Assembly: GCA_050084985.1 (NCBI GenBank)
Contig: JBITNC010000002.1
Span: 9,920,001 to 9,984,000 of the forward strand
Length of the DNA stretch: 64,000 nucleotides
Source: Nageia nagi
Taxonomy: Eukaryota > Plantae > Pinophyta
Reading direction: 5' to 3'
The translations under genes were made by a program, and so were the position numbers. Positions within the stretch are counted from its first letter, which is position 1, and every line of letters starts with the position of its first letter. The notes under the pieces were generated by a model. It saw only the letters and a list, made by a program, of their open reading frames with translations, was not told the DNA's origin and did not search any database. Shown in pieces: positions 40,736 to 54,091 of the stretch.

Positions 40736-41417
40736 CACTACGACGAAAAAAGGGATTTGCATCCTTTTTTACATCCAAATTCTTTGTTTTTTTTGTGTTT
40801 TTTCAATTTTTTTGATGTAAAAAAGGATGCAAATGGCAAGTGAAAATTTGCATCCTTTTTTGGTTACTTACTGCATGTGATTTTTGCATCCTTAAATCCA
40901 CTTTTTGCATCATTTTTTGCATCCTTAAAGCACTTTTTACATCATTTATTACATCATTTTTTAGAATTTGTGTCAATTTTTGCATTGTTTTTTGCATCAA
41001 ATTTTCATAATTTGCATTATTTTGTATTTTTTCATCATTTTTTCAAAAACTAATTCATAGAATCATAGATCTTTTGATTCTATGCAATTAAAAAAAAAGG
41101 GGCTCAAAACAATATCCAAATCAAAAGTTACAACCTCTGCAAGTTACATCATTTTTATTAGGTCTTTGGGGAAATGACATAGGTCCATTAAACCCAAATT
41201 CAAGAATGGGGTAACTAGTTTAGATTTTAAAATTTTAAATTTATATTTTTTTCAATGAAATATGATGCAAAATTTGCATAGGAATTTGCATCAAAAAAGT
41301 GAAAAAATAAAATAAAATGATGCATGTTGATGTAGGAGGATGCAAATTAACATCAATTTTCATTTTTTATGTTTAAATACATAAAAAAGGATGCAAATTA
41401 GCCTTTTGGTAGTAGTA
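40736..41417. mobile_element. Non-autonomous CACTA (En/Spm) element, 682 bp, complete
   Basis: Left TIR CACTACGACGAAAAAAGGGATTTGCATCC. Right TIR reverse complement TACTACTACCAAAAGGCTAATTTGCATCC. 3-bp TSD aat/aat (40733-40735, 41418-41420). Many TTGCATC/GATGCAA subterminal repeats in opposite orientation at the two ends. Confidence 0.92.
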
Positions 41418-42789
41418 AATTGTATGGTATATTCATGGAAATAGTATGGGTGAACAATCCTCCTTCTTTAATATGAGCTCATTGAGGTTGTATTCATAAA
41501 ATTCTTCTATATTCTCTTCAATCTAGGATTAAAACCACCCATTGCCTACTGATTGATCTTTTGGCCAAGGTACTACCTCATATCTTTGATTTGACCTTCC
41601 ATCCAATTTTATTTTCTCTACCAGCATTCAATTGTGGATCATATAGCTTTTTGGCATCCTTATGAATTTCATTTTCTATCTCATTCTTAGCTATGGAGCT
41701 TGTTCTTCTTCTTTATCATCCTTATTCCCTTCCTCCTCCTTGCATGTCCCTCTTACTTATGGATCTTAGAATACAACAATTGCCCATTTTGCTTACTCCT
41801 TTTGTTGTGCCTCCATATAGACCTTTGTTGTGAGTATTGTTTTATCTATTGATTATGTTTTTGATGTATTTTATTTTTAGGGTTCATTTTCCTTAGTAAA
41901 TTCCCAACTTCTTACTCTTTGACTACTACATTTTATCTTATTTTGGTTGGGGAAATATTCAATTCTTGGCTACCCTCCATTTCTTTTGACTTCTTTATCT
42001 TCTTTCCTACTAAGCCTGAGGATAAAGTCATTACATCCTCTTTTTCCCTCCTTATCCTCTTTAATTTTGGGATATATTTGCTAAATGGGATATTTTCATC
42101 ACTTTTGTCTAGTGCAATATTCACATTGGTCTTATTTTACACTTGATTAGCTAAATGCATATCATAAACTAACTTAATTATAGACTGATGAAGAGGTAGA
42201 TCCTCCTAGCTATGCTTCACTTTCTACATAGAGTCATGGATGAAAAAAGGTAAATTTACCTTCTCCTCTTTGAACTTAAAATAGTTTAGCATTCCAAAAT
42301 GGAAAGATAACATTTCTTTTATGACATCCATCCAACAAGAGATATTTCATGATCTATACCATCACTTTATCCCTAGGGTGTGGTAGGGATTCTCCAAAAT
42401 ATCTTTTTCTATATCTATACACCTATATATTATCACTTTAAAATTGTTGAACCTCCCCTACATTACAATAATTAGCATTCCTCCTCAGCTCTTTACCCTA
42501 TTTATATAAAGATGTAGCTTATGAGATTATTTGGGGGCTGAATATGCTGGTCTTTTTAGGAATTATGCAAATTACTTCCTCCTAATTATTTGCTACATAT
42601 CTAGATAGCCTAGGATAAAATTCTTAGCATGCTTCCATAAACTATTGCATGCCTCCTCAGCATAGGATATCCCACACCTCTTGATTAGTCCTTACATTCC
42701 TAATGATCTAAAATGGATTTCAGAGTCGTAAAAAAGTGATTTTACAAGTTTGTAATTTTGTTGATTATTCTCTTTCATATTAAAAAGAT

Positions 42790-44300
42790 CTCTTCCATGA
42801 TTCCAATGCTTCAAATAGTGAATAAAATGGACCTATAATTTTTAAGTTAGGGCTTTTCAAAAATTGGAGTTAAATATAAAAAATGCAAAATATGCATGGA
42901 AGGCTCTATTGACGGACTCACTAAGAGCAGCTCAGGTTGATTCATATTTTGAAATTTGGAATGTTGGTATCTTATATTATGTTTAACATATAGTTAAACT
43001 TTGAAGATATTTGAATAAAATACATGAAATTTATAGCACTTACAAAATGGCAAATTCTCATTCTACATTCATGGTAATCAAATTTTGACAACTATCTAGT
43101 GCAAATCTGCATTAAAGGCCAACTTGATGATGATGCTTGGAGATAATAGTAAAGATTTAAAGTACACAATTTGGACCAATTAAGATACATATATCCAAGA
43201 AAACTTGGATGAAATTTTATCACATTTGGAATTATGATCATGAAGTTGTGGTCATGACAAAATGACACCAGAAGCAATTTTGATAGGTTTTCAAAATCCA
43301 AAAAATTGGAGCATATAACCATATGAGGATAAAACAATGCAATGGGAATACAAATGAGGGAGATTATTGTTGCAAGGGTGAGAGAGCATACTGTAAAGGA
43401 GGAAAAATAACAAATATTATCTTATCACCATGTAACCATAAACTCTAAATTTGTAATCCATTAATGTTATAAAAGGGAACATGGAGTTTACAATAAAATG
43501 GAGTCTTCTATATTCTTTTCAAACCTACACTAGCTCTATCTCAAGAGGATATCCACTAAAAATCTCTCTTGCATGATTCCAATGCTTCAAACAATGAATA
43601 AAATGAAGCTATGGTTTGTAAGTTATGGCTTTTCAAAACTTGGAGTTAAATATTAAAAATGCAAAATATGCATAGAAGGCTCTATCGATGGACATTTGGT
43701 TAAAATTTTAAGACATTTGGATACAATACTTGAAATTTATGGTGCTTGCAAAATGGTAAATTAGCATTTTGCATTCATGACCTACTCAAATTTTGACAGT
43801 CGCTAGATGCAAATCTATGTTGGAGACACACTTGATGACAATGCTGGGAGCTACCAGTAAGGAGTTAAAGTATGAAATTTGGACCACTTAAGCTACATAT
43901 ATCCAAAAACACTTGGATGAAATTTTGGGATATTTGGAATTATGATCATAAAATTGTAGTCATGAAAAAATGACACCAAAAGGAGTTTTGACAATTTTGT
44001 AAAATCTACAAAAAAATAAGAGAATATAACCATATGAGGCCAAAACAATGCTATGGGTATACAAATGAGGGAGATTATTATTGTGAGGGTGAGAGAGCAT
44101 ATTTTAAAGGAGGAAAAAAATAAATATTATCTTATCATCATGCAACCATAAACTCTAAATTTATAATCCCTTAATGTTCTAAAAGGGAACATAGAGAATG
44201 GAAAAGGGGAATTCTTTTTTAATGGATTTTCCTTTTGAGAGGGAGTTAGTGTAGGTTTGAAAAGAATGTAAAAGACTCCATTTTATTGTAAACTCCATAG
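42790..44300. repeat. Tandem pair of a ~775-bp unit with an inverted linker segment
   Basis: Units begin catgattccaatgcttcaaa at 42796 and 43572 and end taaaagggaacat at ~43482 and ~44192. The second unit has a deletion. 44215-44298 is the reverse complement of 43481-43562. Confidence 0.9.
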
Positions 44301-44699
44301 GAAATAAAAAAATCATGAAAGTAATATTGGAGGTAAATTTCAAGCTTGCATAGAAGAAGAAAAAGAACATGGACAAGATTATTGCCATGGAGAAAGATCC
44401 AAATTAAATACTTAAGTAGAGTTTACAAATCACCTAGTATCTTTGGGATTTTTGTACACTAAGTATCCCCCCATTATCAAGCCTTATGATTTCTATGTTT
44501 TCCTCCACCAACTTTTAGGTTCATTAGTATTTGGATGGTTCAACATGACAACTAAAGAATTAATAAGTATTGATTGAATTAATTACTTACCCCCTTTCTT
44601 CCTTTCATCTAGACTATCAGCACACTTTGAGTGGTTGATGTGATTGATTGCATCATCTCATAATTTATGCTATATGATCTTTTTACTAGCTATCCTTAC

Positions 44700-46230
44700 T
44701 CCCCCTTACTATCTTATGATTATTATTTAAATTTGATCTCTTCATCATTACTCCTAATTGTTCTAATATTCTCTTCATATTTTATTTGAATAAATCTTAT
44801 AATCTCCTTTGTTGCATTTTGTTTCCCTTCAAATACCCTTAGATTTCTTACCTTCTAGGTCTACCACATCACATGGGCTAAAATAATATTCCAAATAATC
44901 CTCATACTCTTGTTCTTGACTAGGGAATCCCATTATTCAATACATTATTGGATGGATGTTGATTGGCTCTGCACTCTTTGTATTTTTCAACATATTTATC
45001 TCTAAATATTTTGCATATGTCCACATGTTTGTTTCCTCCTCCTTGCTACATAAATAACATATGTTTGGGATTTGGAAGATCATTTTTTAAGATTATCAAT
45101 TATTTAGAGCTTGTTATGAGCTAGCATCTAGAGGAAAAAATAAATTTTAGGAATCATATTGGGCATCCATACCTTACTCCATAATCCCTTAGAACCTATT
45201 GGTGGATTATTACTCAGAAGATCCACTACCTCTACAGTCATATATTCTCTATTTTTATTCAAGATCCAATTTGGTTTATCTAGTTTACTACTAGGTGATG
45301 TTTTTGTTATGTTAAGTATTATTTCCAACCATTGTATTTAGGTCCGATGGATTTTCACATATCTACTCTACTATATGTTTTTATCATAGAACTGTAATAC
45401 TCTTTTCTCATTGATTCTCTTTCAACTAGTGGGTTCCTTTCTAAAATTTCATGTAAATATGAAGGGGTATTTTTATAAGTCATGCATATTCATACATATA
45501 TATTTCCTTCCCTATCCCAAGTTCCCATTTTATGTATTTGATGATAATATCAAATCATTCCAAAATGATGACCCATAAGGGGTATTATCAATTCTAGGGA
45601 TAATAACTTTCCCTACATATACTTAGCTTGGCAAATTGTTATCCATTCTTTCCTTTTTCAATAGAAAATATTCAAATTTATTTACCTCTCAAATATTGAA
45701 TCATATGGAGTATCTTTCTTAGCCCTAACCCTCCTTTATATTTCTTTGAGCATATTTTATTCCATGCTACCAATGCCATTCTTTTCTTTTCTACTAGCCC
45801 ATTCCAAAGGAATATGTTACACAGCTAAACTATCTTGTTGTAAATTATAGTAGGAATCTTAAAGACTAGATAATTGTATATTAGAATGCTCTATAGAGTA
45901 CTTTTAATCAAAGTAAGATTACTTACATAACTAAGTACTTTTTTTTCTCCATCCTACTAGATATTTCTTATTTTTTGAATCAAATTGTTCTAGAATTCTA
46001 CTATTAATCTTCCAACAAAGAGTGGCATTCCCAAGTATATTGTTGGTAGCTTCCCTTCTTTACAGCCCCACACCATTATATCAATCCTTTCTTTGCACAC
46101 TCCTTTCTCCTCTATTTCCATCCTACATACACACCATTTATACCTGTAAGTAGCTTCACCATCAAAATAATTTGATCTTGCATTAAGGATTCCACCTTCT
46201 TTTTCATGGTAACAAACTCCCACTCCTTCC
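44700..46230 (-). mobile_element. 5'-truncated L1-type LINE (RT C-terminus + zf-RVT)
   Basis: WGCKEGKLPTIYLGMPLFVGRL (ORF 45990-46223), LVAWNKICS..YKGGLGL (~45775-45720), LWSKVWMPNMIPKIYFFL (ORF 45128-45328). Confidence 0.85.
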
Positions 46231-46239
46231 TATATTTCT

Positions 46240-48041
46240 CTTGCATTAAACATTAATAATCATCAATGTATAAACCATATTAAAGTATGAGGTAACTTTG
46301 GCTTACCCTCTCAAATCTTTCAATATCCCTTAATGGAATTTTCTTAACCTAATGTTGAAGACTTCTTTGCACCTTTAGTATCCACATATTCCTTATCTCT
46401 CCCTTGGAAAAACCCTTTTTAACCATTTTTCTTTTCATAAAACCCCACTTTATTTTTATCTCCATATTTGTAATGTCCCTTATTTGCATTCTTCCCACAT
46501 GTAGGAGCTAAGTTGATAGTATTGTAAAAGGAGCTAGTAATCAAATGAAACATACCAATAAGATCAATCTTGCTAGTTGAAATGAGATTCCTTCTCAATT
46601 TTGGTATGGGCCTCACCTCCTTGAGCACACACCATTTTTTGTTAGGCATCTTTATCTTAACCTTTTGGCTCATCATTATCCAACTTAGCTTGTCTAAAAT
46701 ACCCTTGAACATACTTAACAAAATAACCTTGGTGAGAAGTTGCATGGAAAGATGCACCTAATCCAATACCCAATAGTTATTATACATGTCTAGAGATAAT
46801 ATAAAATCCACCTCAATATACTCACCAACCATGTTTACCTCATGATTATTATCTTGATTCTCATCGCTTTCTTTCCCATGTTGCTTTTTAGCCTTATAAT
46901 CCCTTTTGAAGTGCCCCTTGTTCCCAAAATACCAGCATTCACTATTGAATTTTCCATTGGAGTTTCCTTGTTGATTTCCTTGAGATTGTGACAGACATAT
47001 CTCCTTTTGTCTTCCCCTTTTCTCAATAATTAGTCAACTTATATAACTAGATGGCTCCCTCATGGTTTCCCTCTACATGTCCTCACCAAGGAGGATACCT
47101 ACCACATCTTCAAACACTAGCTTGATAGAACATGAAATAAAACTACTGACTACCATCACCAAGCTACTCTAGCTATTTGGTAATGAACACAATAATAATA
47201 AAGTTCTTATTTTATAATCAATATCAATATTCATGGAACTCAATTTGTTAGTAATAATATTAAACTCATTGACATATATTTTAGAATGGATTCACCTTCT
47301 ACCATTTGCATGCATTAAATAATATTTTCATGAGAAATACCTTGTTTGTTATTGAGGGTTTCTCATACATCTTAGCCAACTTGTCCATCACATCCTTTGT
47401 GGTTTTCTCTCAAGCATAACCTTACTATATCCAATGCCTCTCTATCAACCAAAGCCTAGTCCTCATCATACATACTTGAAGGTTTCTTTACTTCTCCCTT
47501 AAGAGGTAAAGTACAAATCCTTTTGATATAGATAGTCCTACATTTGGATCTTTAAAAACCCAAAGTTCTTTCTTACCATTAAACCTCTCAATCCTCAATC
47601 TTCCTTCTTCTGCCATTGCTCCCACTTAATATAGAATCCCTACCTTCAAAACTTGAAGCTCTTCCTTCAAAACTTGAATATCGAATACCACTTGTTAGGA
47701 TTCAACATATAAAAAATAAAGTTTGAATAATCCAATTAATACAATTTTAGAAGACTATTTAAACAAACCAAATCACATAAGAGAAGATACAAGTATGCGA
47801 CATGGTTCACCCAATGTATGCTACATCCATAGAGAATATCCAATCCTTTATTATTTATTAGTCCAAAGCCACCATGAGATACAACCAACAACAACATCAT
47901 TGTACTTTCTCTTTGGTTACATAAGAATCCTCACTACAATAGTCTCTCTTCCTCTCTTAGATATATATAAACTATACTCTCCAGAATCTTTCAACATTTC
48001 TCTTTGCTCCACCATTAAAAGCTTAATATATTTTATGATGA

Positions 48042-48139
<98 letters not shown>

Positions 48140-48263
48140 TCTTAATTTAGGCCTAATTGGAGCTAAAAAGACATGCAATAAATTTTTCATTAATGGCAAT
48201 ATCAATTCCCAAACTTAGAACAAAGCAAAAGTGAGTTAAAATGCTCAAAATAGAGCTTTTACA
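46240..48263 (-). mobile_element. Truncated Ty1/Copia (Tnt1-like): 5' LTR, PBS, gag, protease, fragments of pol
   Basis: LTR ends ..cctaaCA at 47693, followed by AGTGGTATTCGA (PBS). Gag MAEEGRLRIERFNG from ~47616. Protease WVLD*GASFH (~46770). LKEVRPIPKLRRNLISTSKID. YIDD remnant (~46270). The LTR start is uncertain. Confidence 0.85.
48045..48133. repeat. (AT)n microsatellite inside the Copia LTR
   Basis: About 44 perfect AT units. Confidence 0.98.
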
Positions 48264-48289
48264 CCTCTGGAATAGTTATTGATCAACTA

Positions 48290-48736
48290 ATAACTCTCAA
48301 ACCCTCAATCAATGAACTCAATGTAAACCATGGATGAATCCACTAATGGAGAACTAAAGGGATTTTGTCCTTCAACTCTCATATCTAAAGGGGTTTCATC
48401 CTTTAACTCTCATATCCAAAGGGGTTTCATCCTTTAGTTCTCACTTTTGTTGGGTGTCGTCCACATAAGAGGCGGAATTATGTTGATCTAGCTTCTCTCT
48501 CCATAATTCAATTAAGAAATAAAATCATCAACAACCACTCTCAATGAGTCACTTCACCCTTTAAATAGATGAGTCCACATTAAGTATCCCTTTTTGGAGC
48601 TCATAATTTCACATTAAAAATACCATTAATAGTAATATTATTAATAATACCTTTAAATATGAATTTACACTAAAAGGTGGATGCCCCGTTTCACTTTATA
48701 AAATAATCATTAATGCCAATAAAAGGGGACATTACA
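48290..48736 (-). mobile_element. LTR fragment / solo LTR
   Basis: Minus strand starts TGTAATGTCCCCTTTT (48736). TATA-like ctatttaaagg (~48565). Short 31-bp tandem repeats at ~48355-48445. Confidence 0.5.
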
Positions 48737-49149
48737 CATTAGTTTTTACGCACGTGATTTTAAATGAATCCACCTAGGTGTATTGATACCTTAGTGATTG
48801 GACTTGATGTATTGCGGCTAGGTCTTAGGTTCAATTCTCTAAGTGCTCAAAACTACGAAAAATTTACTATCTTCATGAAAAAAAAAAAATGTTCAAACCG
48901 AAACATTCCATATTTAAGTACCCAAATAAAATGAGAATACTTAGTATCCTAGCATGATAAACCCAAAAAACATAAACACTTGATCCCACACTATAAAATT
49001 TTCCTCCTAAAATATTGATATTCCAATTATAATACCATCCAAGAAAAGTCATCCTTAGAATCGTCACTAATATATGAGCTTAGATAATCTTAAATTTTAT
49101 GAGAAGAAGTGACCTCTTGAGAAACCGTTTTGGGAGTGTGTTGAGGATC

Positions 49150-50338
49150 TCAACATATAAATAATTGATTTTTCTTAAAAACTCATTGCGCGTGGAAATT
49201 TAGTTTAGTTAAAAGTCAATGCATGAGGAGCTTGCCAGCTATAAATTTATTACTTCTAATATAATTTATTTCCGCTAGTAGATGGGACGTATCAAAAATA
49301 AACCTTGAATTATCCGTCAATAGATAAGATTTGTTAATAGAAAATTATTTATAAACGTATAAAATAATTATAAAACAAAAAATCTATTTCGGAATTGCTT
49401 CTATAATAATAATATGTTTCAAATTAAAACTTGCTATAAAAAGCGCCGACTGCTAATTAGTAAATACAAATATAAATCTTCTGCATTGAATAACGCTACA
49501 CCATCTACGGCTAGAAATAAATCTAAAACAAAATAAATGAATCTTTAATATATTAACGGCTGAATATTACCAAATTCTTTCCCTAAACGGCTAAACCCCA
49601 CCAAACCCTAAAAACGAATCTTAAAGACTCACAGGACAGGTTGTTAACAATTACTCTGAGAGACAATCTTGTCACAGTTCAACGGTAACCAGATCTTAAA
49701 AACCCTATTATTAATATTGTTAAGATAATGATTAACGAGAGCTACTTGATATCCACGTCAAGCCCAGCACAGCTCTGTCCGTTCTCACAAACTTCTTGAA
49801 ACGGATGAAAATATATAAATTTAGGGACTGTAATATATTCATGAAGGGTGGGCCAGAAAAGAAAAGCTGTCCGTCTCCCGCCTCAGCTGTGTTCCCATTT
49901 ATTTTCATGGATCAATGACAAACCAAGACTAAACATAGGGTTTTCTAAATCTAAATATAGGTTAGAGAAGAAAGCGGTTTAATTATATCCGCTTTATTTG
50001 CTTGGCGGTGAGTTGTACACAGCTAGAGTAAAGCATTTGGCTTGTCAAGCGGATAAACGTAGGCTGATTTTTGCGTTCCGTGAAGACGGACTTTTGACTC
50101 ACGAGTTGGAAGGGCGAGTTGGATTTGGATAAGGTAAAAATCAACAACCAGGGAATTCGGATAGCTTTTACCAACAACCTAGGCCTTAGATTGAAGTGCA
50201 TGCCTATAAAACACAATGGGATCCTTCAAAATTTTACAATACATGCTTTGATTGAGGGAAAGCCTGGTTAAGTCGCTAGAGAAGAAATATTTCAGCAGTT
50301 TTCTTTTAGATTTAGTTTTCTGAGAGCTGTGAGTGATC
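49150..50338 (+). promoter_or_regulatory. STP promoter / 5' region (CpG-retaining) with TATA box and candidate cis-elements
   Basis: TATAAAA at 50205-50211, ~130 bp before the ATG. Overlapping TATCCA/CCACGTCA/GTCAA at 49750-49761. Several TTGAC/GTCAA cores. CG dinucleotides are common here and nearly absent in flanking TE DNA. Confidence 0.6.
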
Positions 50339-52174
50339 ATGGCGGGGGGATTCGCTGCCCCGACGGGGCCTGTGAGAGACTACGCAGCGAAGATGACGGT
50401 CTTCGTCTTCGTAACCTGCGTCGTGGCCGCCACCGGTGGTCTCATCTTCGGTTATGATATTGGAATTTCCGGTGGGTATTTCGGATTCTTGGTGGGGTTT
50501 TTTTTTTTAACAAAATTTGGTGGTGGGGATTGTGATGGTAAGGTTGGATTTGACTTGGTTTATGATTTGCAGGAGGAGTGACGTCCATGGATCCTTTCCT
50601 GAAGAAGTTTTTCCCGGACGTGTATAGAAAGGAGAAGAGGAATCAGGGTCATCAGAACGACTACTGCAAATTCGACAGCCAGCTGCTCACGACGTTCACG
50701 TCGTCGTTGTACGTTGCCGGTCTGATCGCCTCGTTCTTTGCCTCCACCAGTACGAGGGTTCTGGGTCGAAAGCCCTCCATGCTGTTTGGAGGAGCGTTTT
50801 TCCTTGCTGGCGCGGCCATTAATGGAGCTGCTGTTAATGTCGCCATGCTTATCATCGGCCGTATTCTGTTGGGTATAGGAGTGGGTTTTGCCAACCAGGT
50901 TAGAAACAAATATCTTCACCCTTTTCTTGTTCAGAATCTGTGAAATTAATGCTAATTGAAAAAAGAAAAAAAAAAAACCCATATTTACTATCTTATTGTA
51001 TGTGTGATTACAGTCTGTGCCGCTGTATCTATCAGAGATGGCACCGCCGAGGCTGAGAGGAGGGCTCAACATGTGTTTTCAATTGTTCATCACAATTGGT
51101 ATTCTGGCTGCGAATCTCATAAATTACGGAACGCAGAGAATTCATGACTGGGGATGGAGGGTATCGCTTGCTTTGGCGGCCGTTCCAGCAGCCATTATGA
51201 CCATCGGATCGCTGGGTCTCCCCGATACTCCCAACAGTTTGATCGAACGAGGGCACCATGAAAAGGCGAAGGCCATGCTGGTAAAAATCCGTGGCACCGA
51301 CAATGTTCAGGGCGAGTTTGATGATCTTCTGGAAGCCAGCGAGTCTTCGAAGCAAGTGAAGCATCCTTTTCGGAATATATTACAGAGGAAATACCGCCCT
51401 CATCTGGTCATGGCCATCGCCATTCCCTTCTTCCAGCAGCTCACAGGTATCAATGTCATCATGTTCTATGCTCCCGTTTTGTTCAAGACTATTGGGTTTG
51501 GAGACAATGCGTCTTTGTTTTCTTCTGTGATCACGGGGCTTGTCAATGTGATCTCCACGGTGGTTTCCATTTTCACTGTTGACAAGGTTGGCAGAAAGTT
51601 TCTATTCATGGAGGGAGGCGTTCAGATGTTTATTTCTCAGGTATACTTTGTATTCTAATAGGGTTATTAAAGCTATTTGGGGGGTGCATGTGATTTTGAC
51701 ACATTTTTGGTACAGGTCATAATTGCAGCAATTCTGGGCAAGGAATTCGGGGTCTCGGGTGAGGGAAGCATAAGCAAAGGAGTTGCGGTCTTGGTGGTGA
51801 TATTTATATGTATCTACGTGGCCGCCTTTGCATGGTCTTGGGGGCCTCTGGGATGGCTGGTTCCCAGCGAGATTTTTCCCCTGGAAATCCGATCTGCAGG
51901 ACAGAGTATCAATGTTTCTGTTAACCTTCTCTTCACCTTCGCCATTGCACAGGCCTTCCTTGCTATGCTTTGCCATCTCAAATTCGGATTGTTCCTTTTC
52001 TTTGCGGGGTGGGTGGTGATCATGAGCACCTTCATCTATGTGTTCTTGCCAGAGACAAAGGGGATCCCCATTGAAGAAATGGTGCTTATCTGGAAGAACC
52101 ACTGGTTCTGGGGAAAATTCATTGAGGATACCGACCAGGATGTTGAGCTCGCAAAGACAAATTCTAAACCATGA
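50339..52174 (+). CDS. STP: Sugar transport protein (STP/MST family hexose:H+ symporter, MFS), 4 exons, 514 aa, intact
   Basis: Exons 50339-50471, 50573-50898, 51014-51640, 51716-52174. All three introns are GT..AG (101, 115, 75 bp). Spliced length 1545 nt = 514 aa + stop. Family motifs [123 protein letters not shown]. Intron positions are the canonical plant STP ones. The exact paralog number cannot be assigned. Confidence 0.97.
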
Positions 52175-53700
52175 TGGTCACTTAAAAGCCCTATTTTAAT
52201 ATAGGGATGTGTTTTTTTTTTAATATTTTGTTGGTGTTGCTCCGGGTGAAGTCATATGCGGCGACTGTCGTTACCAAGCTGTTCGAATCCTTATTGTTAT
52301 TGTAATTTATACTTTTGAATGGTTATGTACAGAGCTGCGAATCAGTTTATTGTATTCTCTGGTTCCAAACTGTTCAGTAAACTAATAATCGATGCTTGCA
52401 ACGTCCATTGTAGTACATTTATGCAGCTTATTCGTTTTGGGCACCAGTATTTTTGTTTGATAATAAGGGAGAATTTTATTCTTGTATATTCAATTTAACC
52501 TATAGATATTTAAGAGATTCCATTATTTTATATGGAGTACTTGGAAAAAAAACAGATAAAGCTGCACCGCTGCTTAAAACTTAGTTTCCAATCTCGGCGG
52601 ACTCACACTTTTGACTACTAGCGAGGACGGGATGAGGGGTCATTTCACGCGGAATCAATTATTTCCTAGTTTCTGCGATTTTCACCAATGAAGACAATTG
52701 ACTTGACTAGTTCAAAGAATTGCAATCTAGACTAAGTTTAGATGATCTCATCCATACATGGGCCTGATCTATCAATGTACGAATATCTAGTTGTGACATG
52801 AGTTACTGTGAACGTTAAGGGTTCATTCTTATATGCTTAGAAATTTTAAAAATTTCATGTCTGAGCTAGAAAACAAGACCCTATAATAGTGATCCAAATT
52901 GACCTTTCTTTGGCTTATTGTTTATATGTTAAACTGATAGCAAAACTACAAGTTCACAAGATACAAATACTAAGAAACAAGTGAATCAATTTGATACTAA
53001 CAACACATTTAAAATATGATGATTATAATGTATCTTCAACTATGAGCTTTACGATGATTCTAATGTATATTTAGCTATGAACTTTATAAGCATGAAATAA
53101 AACAAAAAAAAATCAAGATCATTCAAATCATTTTAATTGAAAGGGAAAAAAATGAAACAAATTTGGTATGAGGTTTAATTTGTACTTGTTGATCAAAAAT
53201 ATGAATAATCAATTAGATCTATAAGAATTTTATCTTTTAAGTTGGCTTTTAAGTTTATGTAGGGAGAGAGGATATAAGTAGGTCCTTGAGAATGGATTCA
53301 CTTGGTTTAATATTAGTTCATCATAAGATTATAAATTTTATTTTTTTAAGTTATTTTATATTATAAGATAAGTTTTTAGTGTTCTTTGAAATTTGATGGA
53401 TTGTAGAATCTAGTAAAATTTGTTTAAAAATAAATATAATTAATCATGTATTTGAATGCTTGTTTCTAATACAATAAAGTTAAGTATAATAAAATTCTTA
53501 AGCTTTTTTTTATTTATCTTGGTTTAAAAATTCATGGAAGTTATAATTACAAATATTTTTATAGGTTTGTATAATGTGTTTATAAAGTGGACCAAAAAAG
53601 GCAAATTGAGTCTCATCTTCTATGGTATTTAGGTTGCAAAGTTTACAAGTTCATTTATCCCAAGGTATTTTAGGTATTATCCATCTACCAATTTTGTTAT

Positions 53701-53960
53701 CACTACACTAAAAAGGGGCTTTAGTGGCAGTCTAAAAGTGCTATGAGTATGAGAACCCTTTAATGATGGTTATCGATTCACCACCTATTAGGTCATCGTT
53801 TAATAACGTCTAATGTTCTAAGGAGATGGTTATTGATTACCCTTATATTCTAAGGTGGTAGTTATAAACTTTTCACCTTAAATACTAAGATGGTGATTAT
53901 TAATTGCCCCCTTAAATTCTAAAGTAATAATTATAAATTATCGTATAATAGTTACTTATT
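53701..53960 (+). mobile_element. CACTA left terminus with subterminal repeats (no matching right end found)
   Basis: CACTACACTAAAAAGGGGC at 53701, followed by repeated ggttat..at..cc.cttaaatt/attctaag units. Confidence 0.6.
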
Positions 53961-54091
53961 TTTTAAAAAATTAAGAGTAATAAAACCATTCTTGAGGTAT
54001 CATGCGCTCTTGAAGAATAGTCTAATGAAACTGACTAGTCACCATTTAGTCTCTTACCTTACTTATTCTAGTCCAAGATTGATGGCACTCA

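Larger units (their letters stand above)
37650..42780 (-). mobile_element. Highly decayed L1-type LINE relic (interrupted by CACTA, microsatellite, duplication)
   Basis: Minus-strand remnants resemble ORF1 (DIEKDILENPY ~42415-42380), endonuclease (~41520-41450) and the RT C-terminal region (IWKLLSK ~38680). Motifs are weak. Confidence 0.4.

Noticed and set aside
47723-48205. ORFs with IYIYIY runs (also 38223-38525)
   Set aside because: Artefacts of (TA)n microsatellites.
48785-48855. Possible tRNA/SINE head (GGTTCAATTC B-box-like)
   Set aside because: No convincing cloverleaf or A-box, and no clear tail or TSD. At most a decayed SINE.
50560-52102. Antisense and alternative-frame ORFs over STP (e.g. 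50560-51072, 51032-51364, 51602-52102)
   Set aside because: Shadows of GC-richer coding sequence with no recognisable protein features.
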